A stretch of 64,000 nt of DNA from Octopus bimaculoides (taxonomy: Eukaryota): NCBI RefSeq assembly GCF_001194135.2, contig NC_068986.1, positions 78,316,192 to 78,380,191 of the forward strand. The letters run 5' to 3'. The first letter of the stretch is position 1. Each line of letters begins with the position of its first letter. The position numbers were made by a program, and so were the translations under genes. Shown here piece by piece: positions 1 through 13,158 of this stretch. The notes under the pieces were generated by a model that had not been told where the DNA came from, searched no databases, and saw only the letters and a list, made by a program, of their open reading frames with translations.

Positions 1-513
1 GAGAGAGAGAGAGAGAGAGAGAGAGTGAGAGAGAGAAAGAGAGAGAAAGAGAGAGAGGGGGGACTTCAGGTATGCTTTTATAGAACTATTTAATGAAACC
101 TTGCTTCCATGAAATTCAACCCCAAGTATTGAAGCTACACTCTGCATTCCATATTTTTCTAATTTATACTTACAGCTTATTTACTTATTTATTTTTCCAT
201 TCATTTATTAAGATTTCATGGAAAAACTGTATGTCTAACAATTTCATTGAATGTCGTATTTAAGTTTAGTATATGGATATATATATATATATGCATATCT
301 GTGTGTGTATAACATGCGCATAGATAATATATAAATGCATGTGTGTATATATATGTATATGTGTGTGTGCATGCATGTGTGTGTATATGTATATATGTCT
401 GTATGTATATATAGTTATATACATATGTATGTATATTTCTATGTATCAAACGTAAATTGAAAACAGAACATATTTGTATGTATGTATGTCTATATGTATA
501 TTTATATGTATGC

Positions 514-546
<33 letters not shown>

Positions 547-1689
547 TGTATGTAGGTAGGTAGGTAGGTAGGTATGTATATATGTTTAAAGAAATATTTT
601 CTTAAAAGTTATTAACTATTTAAAAGAAACGTTTTAAAGTAGTCAATAACTTAAGAAAATCTTTCTTTAAATATTGTGATTGTATCAAGTATCTTTTGCA
701 AAAACTTTTCAATGTATCTGTATGTGTAAACAATATTTATGTTTGAATATGCATTTCGGTTTACCTCTCACCGTTTCACAACCAGCGTTGTTAATATGTT
801 TACATTGCAGTAACATAGTGTTTCAGCAAAAAACAAAAAAGAGGCAATAAATGTAAGTACTAAACTTAAAATAAGCAGTTATTTTATTTGAGTATAACTC
901 CTCAAAGCAGTGCTCCAGTATGGCTGCAGACATAACTGATACAAGTAGAAGAATGGAAGAATAAAAGAAAAATATTTTTTTAAATTTTATAATTCTCTTT
1001 TTGGAATTGGATCTTAAAGCACAGAGATGTTTTACATAATAGCATATTAATATTGGGTTGAGAACTTTGGAGAGTAAAAGCCTTTGACTTCTATCCAAAA
1101 AGGTTTTTCAATTCAATATTTACATGCTATTATCTATAACGTTTATGTGCTTTGAGATCCAGTTCCAAAAAAGAATTATCTCATGTTCTGGCAAAAGTTT
1201 ATAAATTCTTATGATGTCAACAACATTTTTTATTTTATTCCAAAAATGAGGCTAGACATTCTTTTCATAATTCTTTTCACTCTTTCCATTCAAGCAGTCT
1301 TGACATCATGGTTCAAAATAAGCAGAATTTTTCAAATATATTTTTTGGGTTATTTTTGTTGGAATGCAATAGCTACCAGATTGTGAAATGTCTACCATGC
1401 TCTAATAGTTTCTATCAAAATATAGTGGCTTAAATTAAAAGCATCCATATTTCTTATGATGTCCAATATAATTTTTACATCAGTTTCTGAAATTATTCTT
1501 GCATACATGTGATTTATAAGATATGTTACTGGAGGTTCTAGTGTCTGCAGAATGAGAGAATTCTTCATTTGGGAATTATTCATGAGAAGTGCAAATGGTT
1601 ATTTAATAATGTTGAAGTTCAATAAACACTCCCAATTCCATGGAGATAAGTAATATTTATGGCTTGTTCTTATTTCCTGCCTATCAGTC

Positions 1690-1817
1690 AACTATTCAAT
1701 CAATCTACCAATCCATCATTCAAACCATCGATAAATCAGTACATCTATCACTTAATTTATCATTTAAACACTGAATCATTCAGCCAATTAATCTATGTGT
1801 CAATCAATTCATACATT

Positions 1818-1870
<53 letters not shown>

Positions 1871-2225
1871 TTTTCTATTTATCTATCAATCAGTCTATCA
1901 TTCAATTCATGAACAAACCAATGCATCTATATTTTAATCACTCAATTTTTTAACCAAGTAATCTATCAATCAATCAATTTTTTGATTTCCTATATATTTT
2001 TCTATCAGTCAATTTCTCAATTAATCTCTCAATCTACATACCAATCTACCCATCAAAACTATTTATCCATCAAGCTGTCAATTACTCAATCAAGCAATCA
2101 GCTAATTTACTATTCAAACAATCTATCACTATGTCTATCTAACAATAAATCAATATATTAATCAACATATGAATCAGTCGGTCAATCAGTCAGTCAATCA
2201 GTCATTCATTCCACAAGATCAATCA
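1690..2225. repeat. Decayed tetranucleotide (TCAA/TCTA/TCAG) low-complexity region
   Basis: ATCT, TCAA and TCAG periodicity around a perfect (ATCT)n core at 1818-1870. Confidence 0.75.
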
Positions 2226-2594
2226 ACTTTATTAAAGAGATCTCAGGTTGTGTGTTAGTAATACCTCTCTGATTCCCCTGGAGAAAAATATATCAATATG
2301 CCTGAGATCAGGGATACAAGTGCTGAATTTTATAGTATTCCTTTTTGCTATAAAACTGCCCTCTATTTAAAAACTGAAGTTTGATAAGCACAAAAAGAAA
2401 TCAAAATCTCTATGAATAAAAAGTCAAGTCAGGTATCACGTTCATTCTATTGGCTTCCTGTCATGCTAAAGAAATGTGGAAAGAGAAAGCATTGGCTATA
2501 CCGAAAGAGATGGAATATATAGAAAGCGTGTATTTTAAAGAGAAGCAGATTAGATAAATAAATTTGATAGGTGGCTAAGTAATAGTGTGAGAAA

Positions 2595-2663
<69 letters not shown>

Positions 2664-3896
2664 AATAGTAAGTAATTACCTAACGGTAAGATAAACAGAC
2701 AATATAAAATAAGGAGTGGAAGAAAATTAAAAAAGCAGAGATGGTATTAGAGAAGAGGGATAGAAAGAAGAGAGCTCTACCAGAGACATGGGTAATCTGA
2801 GGCACTCCCCCCAGTGACACTGCTCTGGGTTTCCTGTGTTCATTAGTATGTGTATATGAGCTTCTATGAATAAATGTAGTGGCACACACTTAGACACTCA
2901 ACTGGCTGTTTACAGATTATTAACTCTTTAACTTCAAAATCAAATTTATTGGTTATTCTAGTAACGATGGAATTGGTATTTTCTGCAAGTCACGTTGCTT
3001 CAATAAACATGGCATATCTCAATGAAAAATTGTTTCAAACAAGACATTTCTCAACAAAAGACAGATTGGTATATAAAACTACTCTCTGCAGTTAAAGGTA
3101 ATGAAATTTTGAATGGCTATATCTGATTTCTGTGGTAAAATGTTTAAAATGGTAAGCCAAATAAATTCTTTGAATCTTTTAAATGGCAAGAAATACAGAG
3201 CTGTTTAACTGGTTCTCCATCTGATATATTATCTAGTTAAAGAAAAAAGGTGGCAACTGTCAAGCAATGCTCTGCTTTTTGCTGTCTTATAAATTAAATA
3301 CCCTGCCCATTGGGCGATAAGTAATTGCTGCAATAATTGAAAAGGCTGGTAACAAATAATATATGGCATTTAATGCAAGTTTACACAAAAACATACATTG
3401 ACATAAACTTATATATGTACATTCAAACACACACACATACTCGCAGTCAAAACTAACAATTCTGCATACTTCACTGTTGTCTCTAATTTATTCTTATTAA
3501 TGTGAATGAATCAATATGTCACCTCCCCTTTTTCTTCATGTAGACACATACAGACACAGGCATAGACACAAACATTTCTTGTTCCTTACAACTCATACAA
3601 CACACACACACATCTATATCTGTGTCTATATTTCTTTTTTCTTTGTATTTTTGCTTTAACATGAGTATACACGCATACATGCATTCACACACACACATAC
3701 ATGCACACACGCACACATGCATACATACATGCATACATACATACATACATACATATATATGTATGTAATTTCTTTTCTTTTTGCCAAATGAAACCTATAA
3801 ACTAGATTCTCTAAATATTGTTCTTCAGCTCCTGAAGAGCCACAGGCAAAATTATGTATATTGTGTCAAAGCAACAATTATGGATAAAATGTATGT

Positions 3897-3936
<40 letters not shown>

Positions 3937-4135
3937 ATGTGTGAATGCATGTATGCGTATGTAGTAAGCTTTATGAGGAAAAGATTGAAAGTGACTTCAA
4001 AGACTCAGTTTGCTCATCTTCATCAAACTTTGAAGTCATTGAGAAAACTTCCTTCAGAATATATATATATATATATATAAATATATATAAAAATATATAT
4101 ATATTACATATATATATATATATATATATATATAG

Positions 4136-4172
<37 letters not shown>

Positions 4173-4276
4173 TATACATGTGTGTGTGTTGAAAATCAGT
4201 AAAAAGCTTCCAGCAAAGTTTTATAAACAAAAAAAAAAAATGAATGAAAATGCACGATAAAGTTAAAACAATTATC

Positions 4277-4720
4277 TTTCACTTGTTTCAGTCATTGGAC
4301 TGCGGCCAAACTGGGGCACTTTCCTGGAGAATTTTTAGTTGAATGAATCAGCCCCGGTACTATTGTTTCTGAAGCCTAGTTCTTATTCTATTGGTCTTTT
4401 ATTGAGCTGCTAAGTTACAGGGATATAAAGAATATCAACAAACAGTTGTGGAGTACATACATAGACATAAGCTCACTCACACACACATACACCTACACAT
4501 ATATATGTAACATACTTCTTTCAGTTTCTGTCTATCAAATCCACTCACAAGACGTTCGTTGGCCTGAGACTGTAGTAGAAGACACTTGCCCAAGGTATCA
4601 CACAGGTGAAGGTGTCATACAGGTGAAGGTGTCACACAGGTGAAGGTGTCACACAGTGGGACTGAACCCAGAACCATGTAGTTGGGAAGCAAGCTTCTTA
4701 CCACACAGCCATACCTGCAC
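4277..4720 (-). mobile_element. tRNA-derived SINE family B (internal microsatellite), with a 17-bp tandem expansion
   Basis: Reverse complement of the GGCTGTGTGGTAAG...GGTTCAGTCCCACTG head and the GCAGTCCAATGACTGAAACAAGT tail. (AGGTGAAGGTGTCACAC) occurs about 3.5 times at 4590-4657. Confidence 0.8.
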
Positions 4721-5069
4721 CAGTTGTTGTATTCTTTTTAAAAAGATTACAAGACAAAAACAGTTATATAAATCATTTTAGATATATAAATATTTATAAT
4801 GTAAATATTTAGACATATAAATCTTTTTACTTTACATTCCACCCAGTGTGATTGACAGGCAGATACAGTATCAATGATATAGAAGAGTAATCCTTCTGTT
4901 TTTTGGTACACTCTTCTTCCATTTATTAAGCAATTTCTTTGTATTTGTTGCTATTAGTTTCACCTCTCAGTCTTAGAAATTGTATTTCCATATTCATTTA
5001 GTTTGCTCCTGTAGTTTTCTTTGTTGTTCTGGTTTTTCAGTCATGGTTTCTATATTTTTAATTTACAGG

Positions 5070-6050
5070 ATGGAAAAGGTGGTGAGCTGGCAGAATTGTT
5101 AGCACGCCAGGTGAAATGCTTAGCAGCATTTTGTCTATTTTCACATTCTGAGTTCAAATTATGCCTTTCATCCTTTCTGGGTTGATAAAATAATAACTAG
5201 TTGTACACTGGGGTCGATGTAATTGACTCACCCCTTCCTTCAAAGATTGTTAACCTTGTACCAAAATTACAAGAAATTATTATCATTATTGTGAGTGGTT
5301 GGCATTAAGAAGTGCATCCAACTGTAGAAATCTTGCTAGATCAGATTGGAGCCTGGTGTAGCCTCTTGGCTTGCCAGTCCCCAGTCAAACCATTCAACTC
5401 ATGTCAGCATGGAAAGCGGACATTAAATGATGATGATGATGTTATTATTATTTCTTAGGTGATGAATTGGCAAAATTGCTAGCATGCTTAGTGACATTTC
5501 ATCTCTCTTTACATTCTGAGTTCAAATTCCAGCAAGGTCGATATTGACACTCATCCTTAAATGATCGATGAAGTAAGTACCAGTTTACTATTGGAGTTGA
5601 TGTAACTGACTAACTTTCTCCCCTAAAATTTCAGGCCTTGCACCTATAGTAGAATGCAGTGAGCTGGCAGAATTGTTAGTGGGTCAGACAAAATGCTTAG
5701 CAGCATTTTGCCTGTTTTATGTTCTGAGTTCAAACCCCGCTGAGGTTGACATTGTCTTTCATCTTTTCATGGTCGATAAAATAAATACAAATTGAACACT
5801 GGGGTTGATGAATTTGACTTCTCCCTTCCCTGAAATTGCCAAAATTTGCCAAATTCTGAAATCTATTTATAAGGTGAAATAGGTAGTGAAATGGCAAAAT
5901 CTTTGCTGCACCAAACAAAATGCATAGCATTTTTTCTGGTATATTACATTCTGAATTCAAATTCCACTGAGGTTGGCTTTGCCATTCAACTTTTTAAGGC
6001 AGAATTATCAGCATATTTTGATTTTACACCCACTAAAAACTTTAGGAGGT
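5070..6050 (+). mobile_element. Head-to-tail cluster of four SINE A copies plus one RTE-tail fragment
   Basis: GAGCTGGCAGAATTGTTAG...TTCTGAGTTCAAA heads recur at about 5080, 5460, 5660 and 5890. Confidence 0.8.
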
Positions 6051-6626
6051 GCGCTTGCACACTCTGAACCCTCCTCCCCCACCATTTCTGGTCCTATGGC
6101 CAGATGGTGGAGTTTTATTGAACAATGGGTTAAAGCTGCTTCTCAAAAGCAAATGTGGTTCTTCTGACAGACTTCCACTCAATCTGATCATCACTATAGA
6201 CCTTCACTGATGGGAATTATGGTTTATGCATAATTCTACTTATGTGAAGCAAAGACAGCTCAAAGACAACATTATCATTGTTGTCATCGTTGTTGACATC
6301 ATCACCCTCATGAACACTGTCATCACCATCACCGACTATCATCATCATCATCATCATCATCATTATCATCATCATCATTTTATACTAGTTTTTTCTTTTT
6401 CATGCTGGCATTGCCACCTGTCATGGTCCTTCATAAATCTGATACACACAGTAACACAGAAAACCCAAGCTTACTCTGAAGCTTTGTAAATTGTTTTTCT
6501 TTTGCTTGTAAGATTTCTGTTGTTTGATACCCTTCCTATCTCTGACAACTTTACAGCAAGACCTAGGTACATTTTATTATCCTTCTCATGACTGGTATTA
6601 GACATTAGTGTGTGTGTGTGTGTGTG

Positions 6627-6671
<45 letters not shown>

Positions 6672-7467
6672 TAATAAAATGAATGGTTTATACTTGGTAG
6701 CTTACTGGTAAAGCACAGCCACTTTCAAGTGTTCAAAATGTATTTGAGTAATGAGAGATGGAAGATGGAAGATATGAGAATTTCTACTAATCACTATAAA
6801 TGTTTCGATTCATCTAGTGAGGTCATTTATACTTCCATATGCATTAATGGTTATATTTAATACATTTTTCACTGTACTGCATGTTCATTTCTAGTTTGCA
6901 TCTGTTATTTCATTATTGATCTTCCATATAAATGAAACTATATCCTTTAATTTACTGCTTTTCTGTTCATGAACTGAGAAGGTACCTTGCAGAACTGTTA
7001 TTTATCACCTGAAGAGACACATCTGTGCTGTTGGGTGCTCCTGAACCAGTTGTTAAGTATCTCACACATGAGAGATCAATGTTAGATGTGTCAAAACAAT
7101 TGTGTAGATTAATAAAAATTCCCATATATATATACACAACATTCAAAATATTGCTAAAATACTGCCTGGATTACCTGGGATTATACTAAAGGATCTATGC
7201 CTTCACAGAGGTATGGACTAACCTCTATATCCTCTGGGAGAAGATGAGCTGTGAACCTTATTCTTCTGTCTGCATTCTTCTGTCTACTGTTTTACTCTTT
7301 ATTCTTATATCTACTATTTTATTCTTTTATAAACTGTGCATTCTTTGTCTAGAACTTTCACACGTACTCACCTTGTCTCTGAGGACCGAATGCCTAGTGT
7401 ATGGAGATGCTAACCTATCACTTGGGATATCTCAGAAACAGCTGTAAGACATCCATTACCTTAAATA

Positions 7468-7504
<37 letters not shown>

Positions 7505-8329
7505 CCACAAACACACATACAAATTCCACTGAGATCAACTTTGCCTCTCATCCTTTTAGGGTCCCATTAAATAAGTACCAGTTGAACACTAGGGCTAGTG
7601 CAACTGACTTACCCGCTCTCTGGAAATTGCTGGCCTTGTGCCAAAATTTGCAGCCAGTATAGCTATATATATATTTTTATATATTCATATGAGTGCACAT
7701 ATATATTGAAGATTGATATATAATATATAGGCATATATATATATACATGTATGTGTATGTGTGTGTGTGCATGGTTGTATACAAGAAAATGTTTTTGTTT
7801 TGTGTCTGAATGTATGTATATAAAACTCCTTTCATAAGTATATATCTATGAGAATATTAAAGTTTATATAGTAATTGTCAATCATAGGGATAGTATTGTA
7901 AAGAGATGGCAAGAACTAGTTGCTGAAGAAGAAATTCCAGATCAGAGGTAACAGCAACAGTTGACTTACTCTGTCCTTATCCATTTAATTCCTTTATTAG
8001 GGGCTTAGAATTAACGGTGATTTCCATTGAAATAATAATTCCAATTCTTTGTTTGTTTAAGAAGGCTTACAGTTCCAATATATATATATATATATAGTCA
8101 TATACATACATAGGTTGATAAATAGAGAGAGAGACAGCAAGCTTAGATAGATTGCTAGATAAAGAGAGAGAGATGAGTAGATAGAGATACATACATACAC
8201 AAATATTCCTCTGTGTGTGTGAGTGTGTGTGTCTGTGTGTCTATGTGGGTAGGTGTTTTCTATTATTTTTTTTAATTCTTAAATTGGTATCAGTCAGAAG
8301 CAGTGGCTATGCTGGGAACTGCCATATGC

Positions 8330-8380
<51 letters not shown>

Positions 8381-8802
8381 NNNNNNNNNNNNNNNNNNNN
8401 NNNNNNNNNNNNNNNNNNNNNNNNNNNNNNNNNNNNNNNNNNNNNNNNNNNNNNNNNNNNNNNNNNNNNNNNNNNNNNNNNNNNNNNNNNNNNNNNNNNN
8501 NNNNNNNNNNNNNNNNNNNNNNNNNNNNNNNNNNNNNNNNNNNNNNNNNNNNNNNNNNNNNNNNNNNNNNNNNNNNNNNNNNNNNNNNNNNNNNNNNNNN
8601 NNNNNNNNNNNNNNNNNNNNNNNNNNNNNNNNNNNNNNNNNNNNNNNNNNNNNNNNNNNNNNNNNNNNNNNNNNNNNNNNNNNNNNNNNNNNNNNNNNNN
8701 NNNNNNNNNNNNNNNNNNNNNNNNNNNNNNNNNNNNNNNNNNNNNNNNNNNNNNNNNNNNNNNNNNNNNNNNNNNNNNNNNNNNNNNNNNNNNNNNNNNN
8801 NN

Positions 8803-8836
<34 letters not shown>

Positions 8837-9412
8837 GTGTGTGTGTGTGTGTATATGCATATATACATATACATACATATATATACATATATATCATCAT
8901 ACGTACATGCATACATACATATATATACATATATATCCATACATACTTACATACAGAGCTGCACACACACACACACACACACATGTATGTATGTATGTAT
9001 GTATGTATGTATGTATGCACCTATTGGTATATTTTGAGAAAGAGGTTATCTGTTTCAGTGTCATGAAACTGATAACCAAACTACAATTTCTTTGATGATA
9101 ATAAAGCATTGATTATTGCTACTATGTATTTTTGGCGATGGCCTTTCAGTAGTGTCCATGTTATGTTTTCCCTCATATCGATTTCTAATACTGGTGTGGC
9201 ACAAGCCTACAAACACAGGGGAAAGGTCTAGAGTCGATAAAATAGACACTGGTACTTTGACCTCTTTTTTGAAGATGATAGGCAAATTTATCCCTCAATA
9301 GAACTGGTAATGTACTCAAATTGCAAAGGACTGTGACTGATGGCTGCAAAACATTTTGCCTGTTACTTTAATGTTTTAGCCAATCAATTCACCCCTCTTA
9401 TAACTGCATTAA

Positions 9413-9633
9413 CCCTTTAGCATTTAAACCTGCTATATCCGGCTAAAATATTCTGCCTGTTTTATGTTCAAACAGGCCAGATCTGGCTTCTCACACCAAT
9501 CCTATAATATCATTCTAAAAATTAATGGTTACCCCATCAAAATCTCATAGCTACAAGATAATTCATGATTAATTTAAAACAATGTGAATAAAAAAAGCAT
9601 TACATTTGATAGAATAATGTGAATGTTAAAGGG
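9413..9633. mobile_element. piggyBac-type MITE with TTAA target-site duplication
   Basis: TTAA|CCCTTTAGCATT ... AATGTTAAAGGG|TTAA; 221 bp, non-coding. Confidence 0.85.
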
Positions 9634-9834
9634 TTAATATTGGTTTCAAATTTTTGACAAAGCCAGCAATTTCTGGGGATGGGTAAAGTTGATTGTATTG
9701 ACTCCTAGTGTTCAACTGGTACTTATTTTATATATCCCAGAAGGATGAATGACAAAGTATACTTTGGCAGAATTTGAACTCAGAAGGAAAGGTAGATGAA
9801 ACAGCCTCTCTAATATCAGTCATGAATGTTGAGC

Positions 9835-10320
9835 CATGTAGCTTTTGGTTTCCCTCTCTTTCTTTTACTCTCCGATGGTGTCCAGTTAGAAGCTATTTTA
9901 AAATGGTGTTGATCTGTTAGCCGGAGTATATGAGGTGCTTAATTTAATCTTTGTTCTGAGATTATTTGACTAAGTGGTCTTGTATTTGTTGTCTTTAGAA
10001 TGTCATGTCTTCCTTGGTTACTTATTCTTGTCAGAACATTCTCAGAATCCTTCTCAAGCATCTTTTATAGATCACATTCAGCTTTCCATTGATTTTTGTG
10101 ATGTTTCCTGTGTCTCACTGACACAGAGAATTGGTGATAAATCTATGTTATTATTGAGCTGGGTCTTTGTGTGTAAGCTGATGGTGTTGGATGGGTCAGT
10201 AAATAAAATACTGTCAAATGTGTTTGGTTGGTAATTATATTGTTGGACAGGGTGATACTTTGCCATGTTTATTCTAGTTCTTTGTATTCTGAGCTCAGCT
10301 TCTGTTGTGGCCAATTGGAG
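9835..10320 (-). mobile_element. Older RTE-type LINE C-terminal fragment (different subfamily)
   Basis: Frameshifted translation CVSET...KLNVIYKRCLRRILRMF...ILKTTNTRPLSQIISEQRL...HILRL...KIASNWTPSESKRKRGKPKATW matches the RTE C-terminal pattern RCLRRIL...GHILR...WTP..KRKRGRP..TW. Confidence 0.7.
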
Positions 10321-11874
10321 TGTTAAAGTAAAGTAGACTTAATTTCTCGCTTGGTTCAACACTACCATTTGGTGCTTGGGTACTATTAGTGTAGCTCACT
10401 TTAATGGAAGGACTTGTGCCAAGCCAACAGTTTGAAGATATATTTACTGCCTTCCTACCAGTTTTTAAAGCCCTTTATAGAAACTGCAGCCTAAGTCTCT
10501 GTAAAGATTCATGGAATCTACCCTTCTATCAAATTAAGTAATCAAAAATATGAACAACTTTATTATCCAAGTTCATACCATTAACCTAGTTTAATTATTT
10601 CCTTTAGCTCATTTTATTTACAGTTCTACATCTAAGCAAGAAACAGAAAGAGATAGACTGGCAGAGATTAATATCTGTATTCAAATATTAAATAATTATT
10701 GTTAATTTTAGAAAATGAAAATATTCATTCTAAGAACTATTTCTTAAAAATACCCTGAATAAGTAATCTTTTATTTCTTTCTTTTTCTTTTCTTACTTTC
10801 TTTTTCTTTTCTTTCTTTTTATTTATTCATTTATTTGGTGAGGAAGAACATGCAGATTTATTCATTGACAGAATCTTTGGGCAGAATTAATCTTTGGGTG
10901 AATATATGTTATGGAATATTTTCTAGGCTACAATTCTATACTCCAGGCTATATATATATATATATATGTTTACATATTAAGTTTAATAAATATACAAATA
11001 AATAACTAAATAGAGATATAAAATATAGAAGAAAACTATGTCTTATGTAAGAATTTGAAGGAAACTTTTTCATTGTTCAAGTTCTTATCAGATAAATCTT
11101 TGTATAAAAGATTATTCTTGCAGTAGAATAGAAAGAGGGTTTTAGCTTTCTTTTTTTGTTCATTGTATGCAACGATATTTTTATCTTCATTCATGTTGCA
11201 GTGGTTTCATATGGATGATACTTCATGCTTCACTTATATTGACTCATCTCATATTCATATGTCGTTTAATCAAATTCTAATAAAACAACAACAATAACAA
11301 TAGTGTATTTTGATTTCCTTGTATTGGTACCTTCTTACCAAAGAAGAATAGGAGAATTATTCAGATTTTCACACTAGGACTTAATCATCACCGTGAATTC
11401 TAGATTTCAACATGAAATATCATAATTAATAATAATAGTAGTAATAAATATTTGTTGCATTGACACAACACAATGTAACAAATTTGTAAGGAATTGGTAT
11501 CCTCATCATCATCATCATCATCGTCATCATTTTAACATCTGCTTTTCTATGCTGGCATGGGTCAGATGAAGCTTACAGGAGTAAGTTTTCTCTAGCACAG
11601 CTGGATGTTCTTCCTGTCACCAACACTCAATTGTTTCCTAGTAAGGAAAGGCCCTTCTTCCCCTCTAGTGCCTAGATCTATCGAACAATGAACCACTTAA
11701 TTGGCAGGCATGTTTGCCTGGTAGATAGTAAACAAAGACTTATAGATAATGACATTGTTACTAAGCAATGTGTGAACAACATCTAGACAATGGGAAGACA
11801 GAAACACGCCAACATTCACACACACACATTTTATTAAACTCTCTTAAAAAAAATAAATGAAGGATACATTTATA

Positions 11875-13158
11875 TTGGGTCATCCTATAAATAATGCGGT
11901 TTTTTCAATTGCATGAACTAAAAGTCAGAGGGGACGAGATAAACTACCTGCATCAACTTGCTATAAAAGCAGGTAGTAATTTTAGCTTCTACTTATTCTT
12001 AGGGCAAGTTTTAGAAAGTGGAGATCGATTTTAACAGTTATTTTTCAAAGCTATAATGGAAGTAACAAAGGAGCATATTCAGCATATTTTGCTTTATGAG
12101 TTCACTAAAGGCAACAATGCAAAGAAAAGTGCAAGGAATATTAATGCAGTATATGGGGATCAGACAATAAGCATAAGCCAGTGTCAATGGTGGTTCCAGA
12201 AATTCTGAGCCGGAAACTACAGTCTAGAAGATGAGCCTCATCCTGCAAAAAGTAGTGGAACAAAATTTCATCATAACTGTTGAGGAACTAGCAGAAAAGC
12301 TTGGATTTAGTCATTCAACCATTCAGTCATTCAACCATTTAGTCATTCAACCATTCATAGACACCTGCATGCTGTCAAGAATCTCAGCAGATTGAGTCAG
12401 TTGGTTCCTGGCAAACTTTCTGAGCCTAATCGTGTGCAGCGAGTGAATATGTGCTCTTCTTTGCTGTCATGTCTCACGAACGAACCTTTTTGGACCGAAT
12501 AGTGACTGGTGATGAGAAAAGGCTTCCCTATAAAAGTTTCAAGTGCAGAAGACAATGGGCAGAGAAAGGAGAAGCACTGACACCCCAGGCTATAGAAGGT
12601 CTTCACCCACATAAGGTGTTGTTATCTGTTTGATGGGATATGAAAGGTTTAGTCCACTTTGAACTTTTAAACCCAAACCAAATGATAACAAAGGAGACCA
12701 ACTGTGAGCAGCTTGAGCAGCTAAAGTCAGCGCTAGAAGTAAAACGACCATCTTTGATTTCCAGACAAAAGGTGTTCTTCCATCAGGATAATGCTCGACT
12801 ACATACAGCGAGGATGACATTCCAAGGCTGGAGCAGTTTGAATGGGAAACGAAGCCCCGGCCACCATGTTTACCGGAGATTGCCCCATCTGGTTTTCATT
12901 TATTCTGCAGTCTTCAAAATCTTTTGGACAGAAAAAATATGAAATTTGCAGATGAGGTCAGAACAGTAGTGGAGGAGTATTTTTCATCATGGACAAGTGA
13001 GTCTTGGAAGAGGGGCCTTGCAACTCTGCCAGATAAGATGGAAGGGGATTGTTGAAAATGAAGGAGAATATATTTTAGATTAAAAAAGAACTTGTTTATA
13101 TTAACTTTGAGGAATTAAAGAAGTATAAAAAAACTGCATTATTTATGAGTTGACCCAG
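11875..13158 (+). mobile_element. Full-length (~1.28 kb) mariner (Tc1/mariner) DNA transposon, inactive
   Basis: About 31-bp terminal inverted repeats: TTGGGTCATCCTATAAATAATGCGGTTTTTT and AAAAAACTGCATTATTTATGAGTTGACCCAG. TA lies at the left flank and the right flank is mutated. The interior encodes a transposase remnant. Confidence 0.93.
12056..13083 (+). pseudogene. Disrupted mariner transposase
   Basis: Starts MEVTKEHIQHILLYEFTKGNNAKKSARNINAVYGDQ and contains RIVTGDEK, FHQDNARLHT and PEIAPSGFHLF (a decayed YSPDLAPSD motif), ending ENEGEYILD*. It has in-frame stops and frameshifts. Confidence 0.9.

Noticed and set aside
11858-11870. GTATCCTTC U12-like donor on the minus strand
   Set aside because: The adjacent upstream sequence is the mariner TIR, not an exon.
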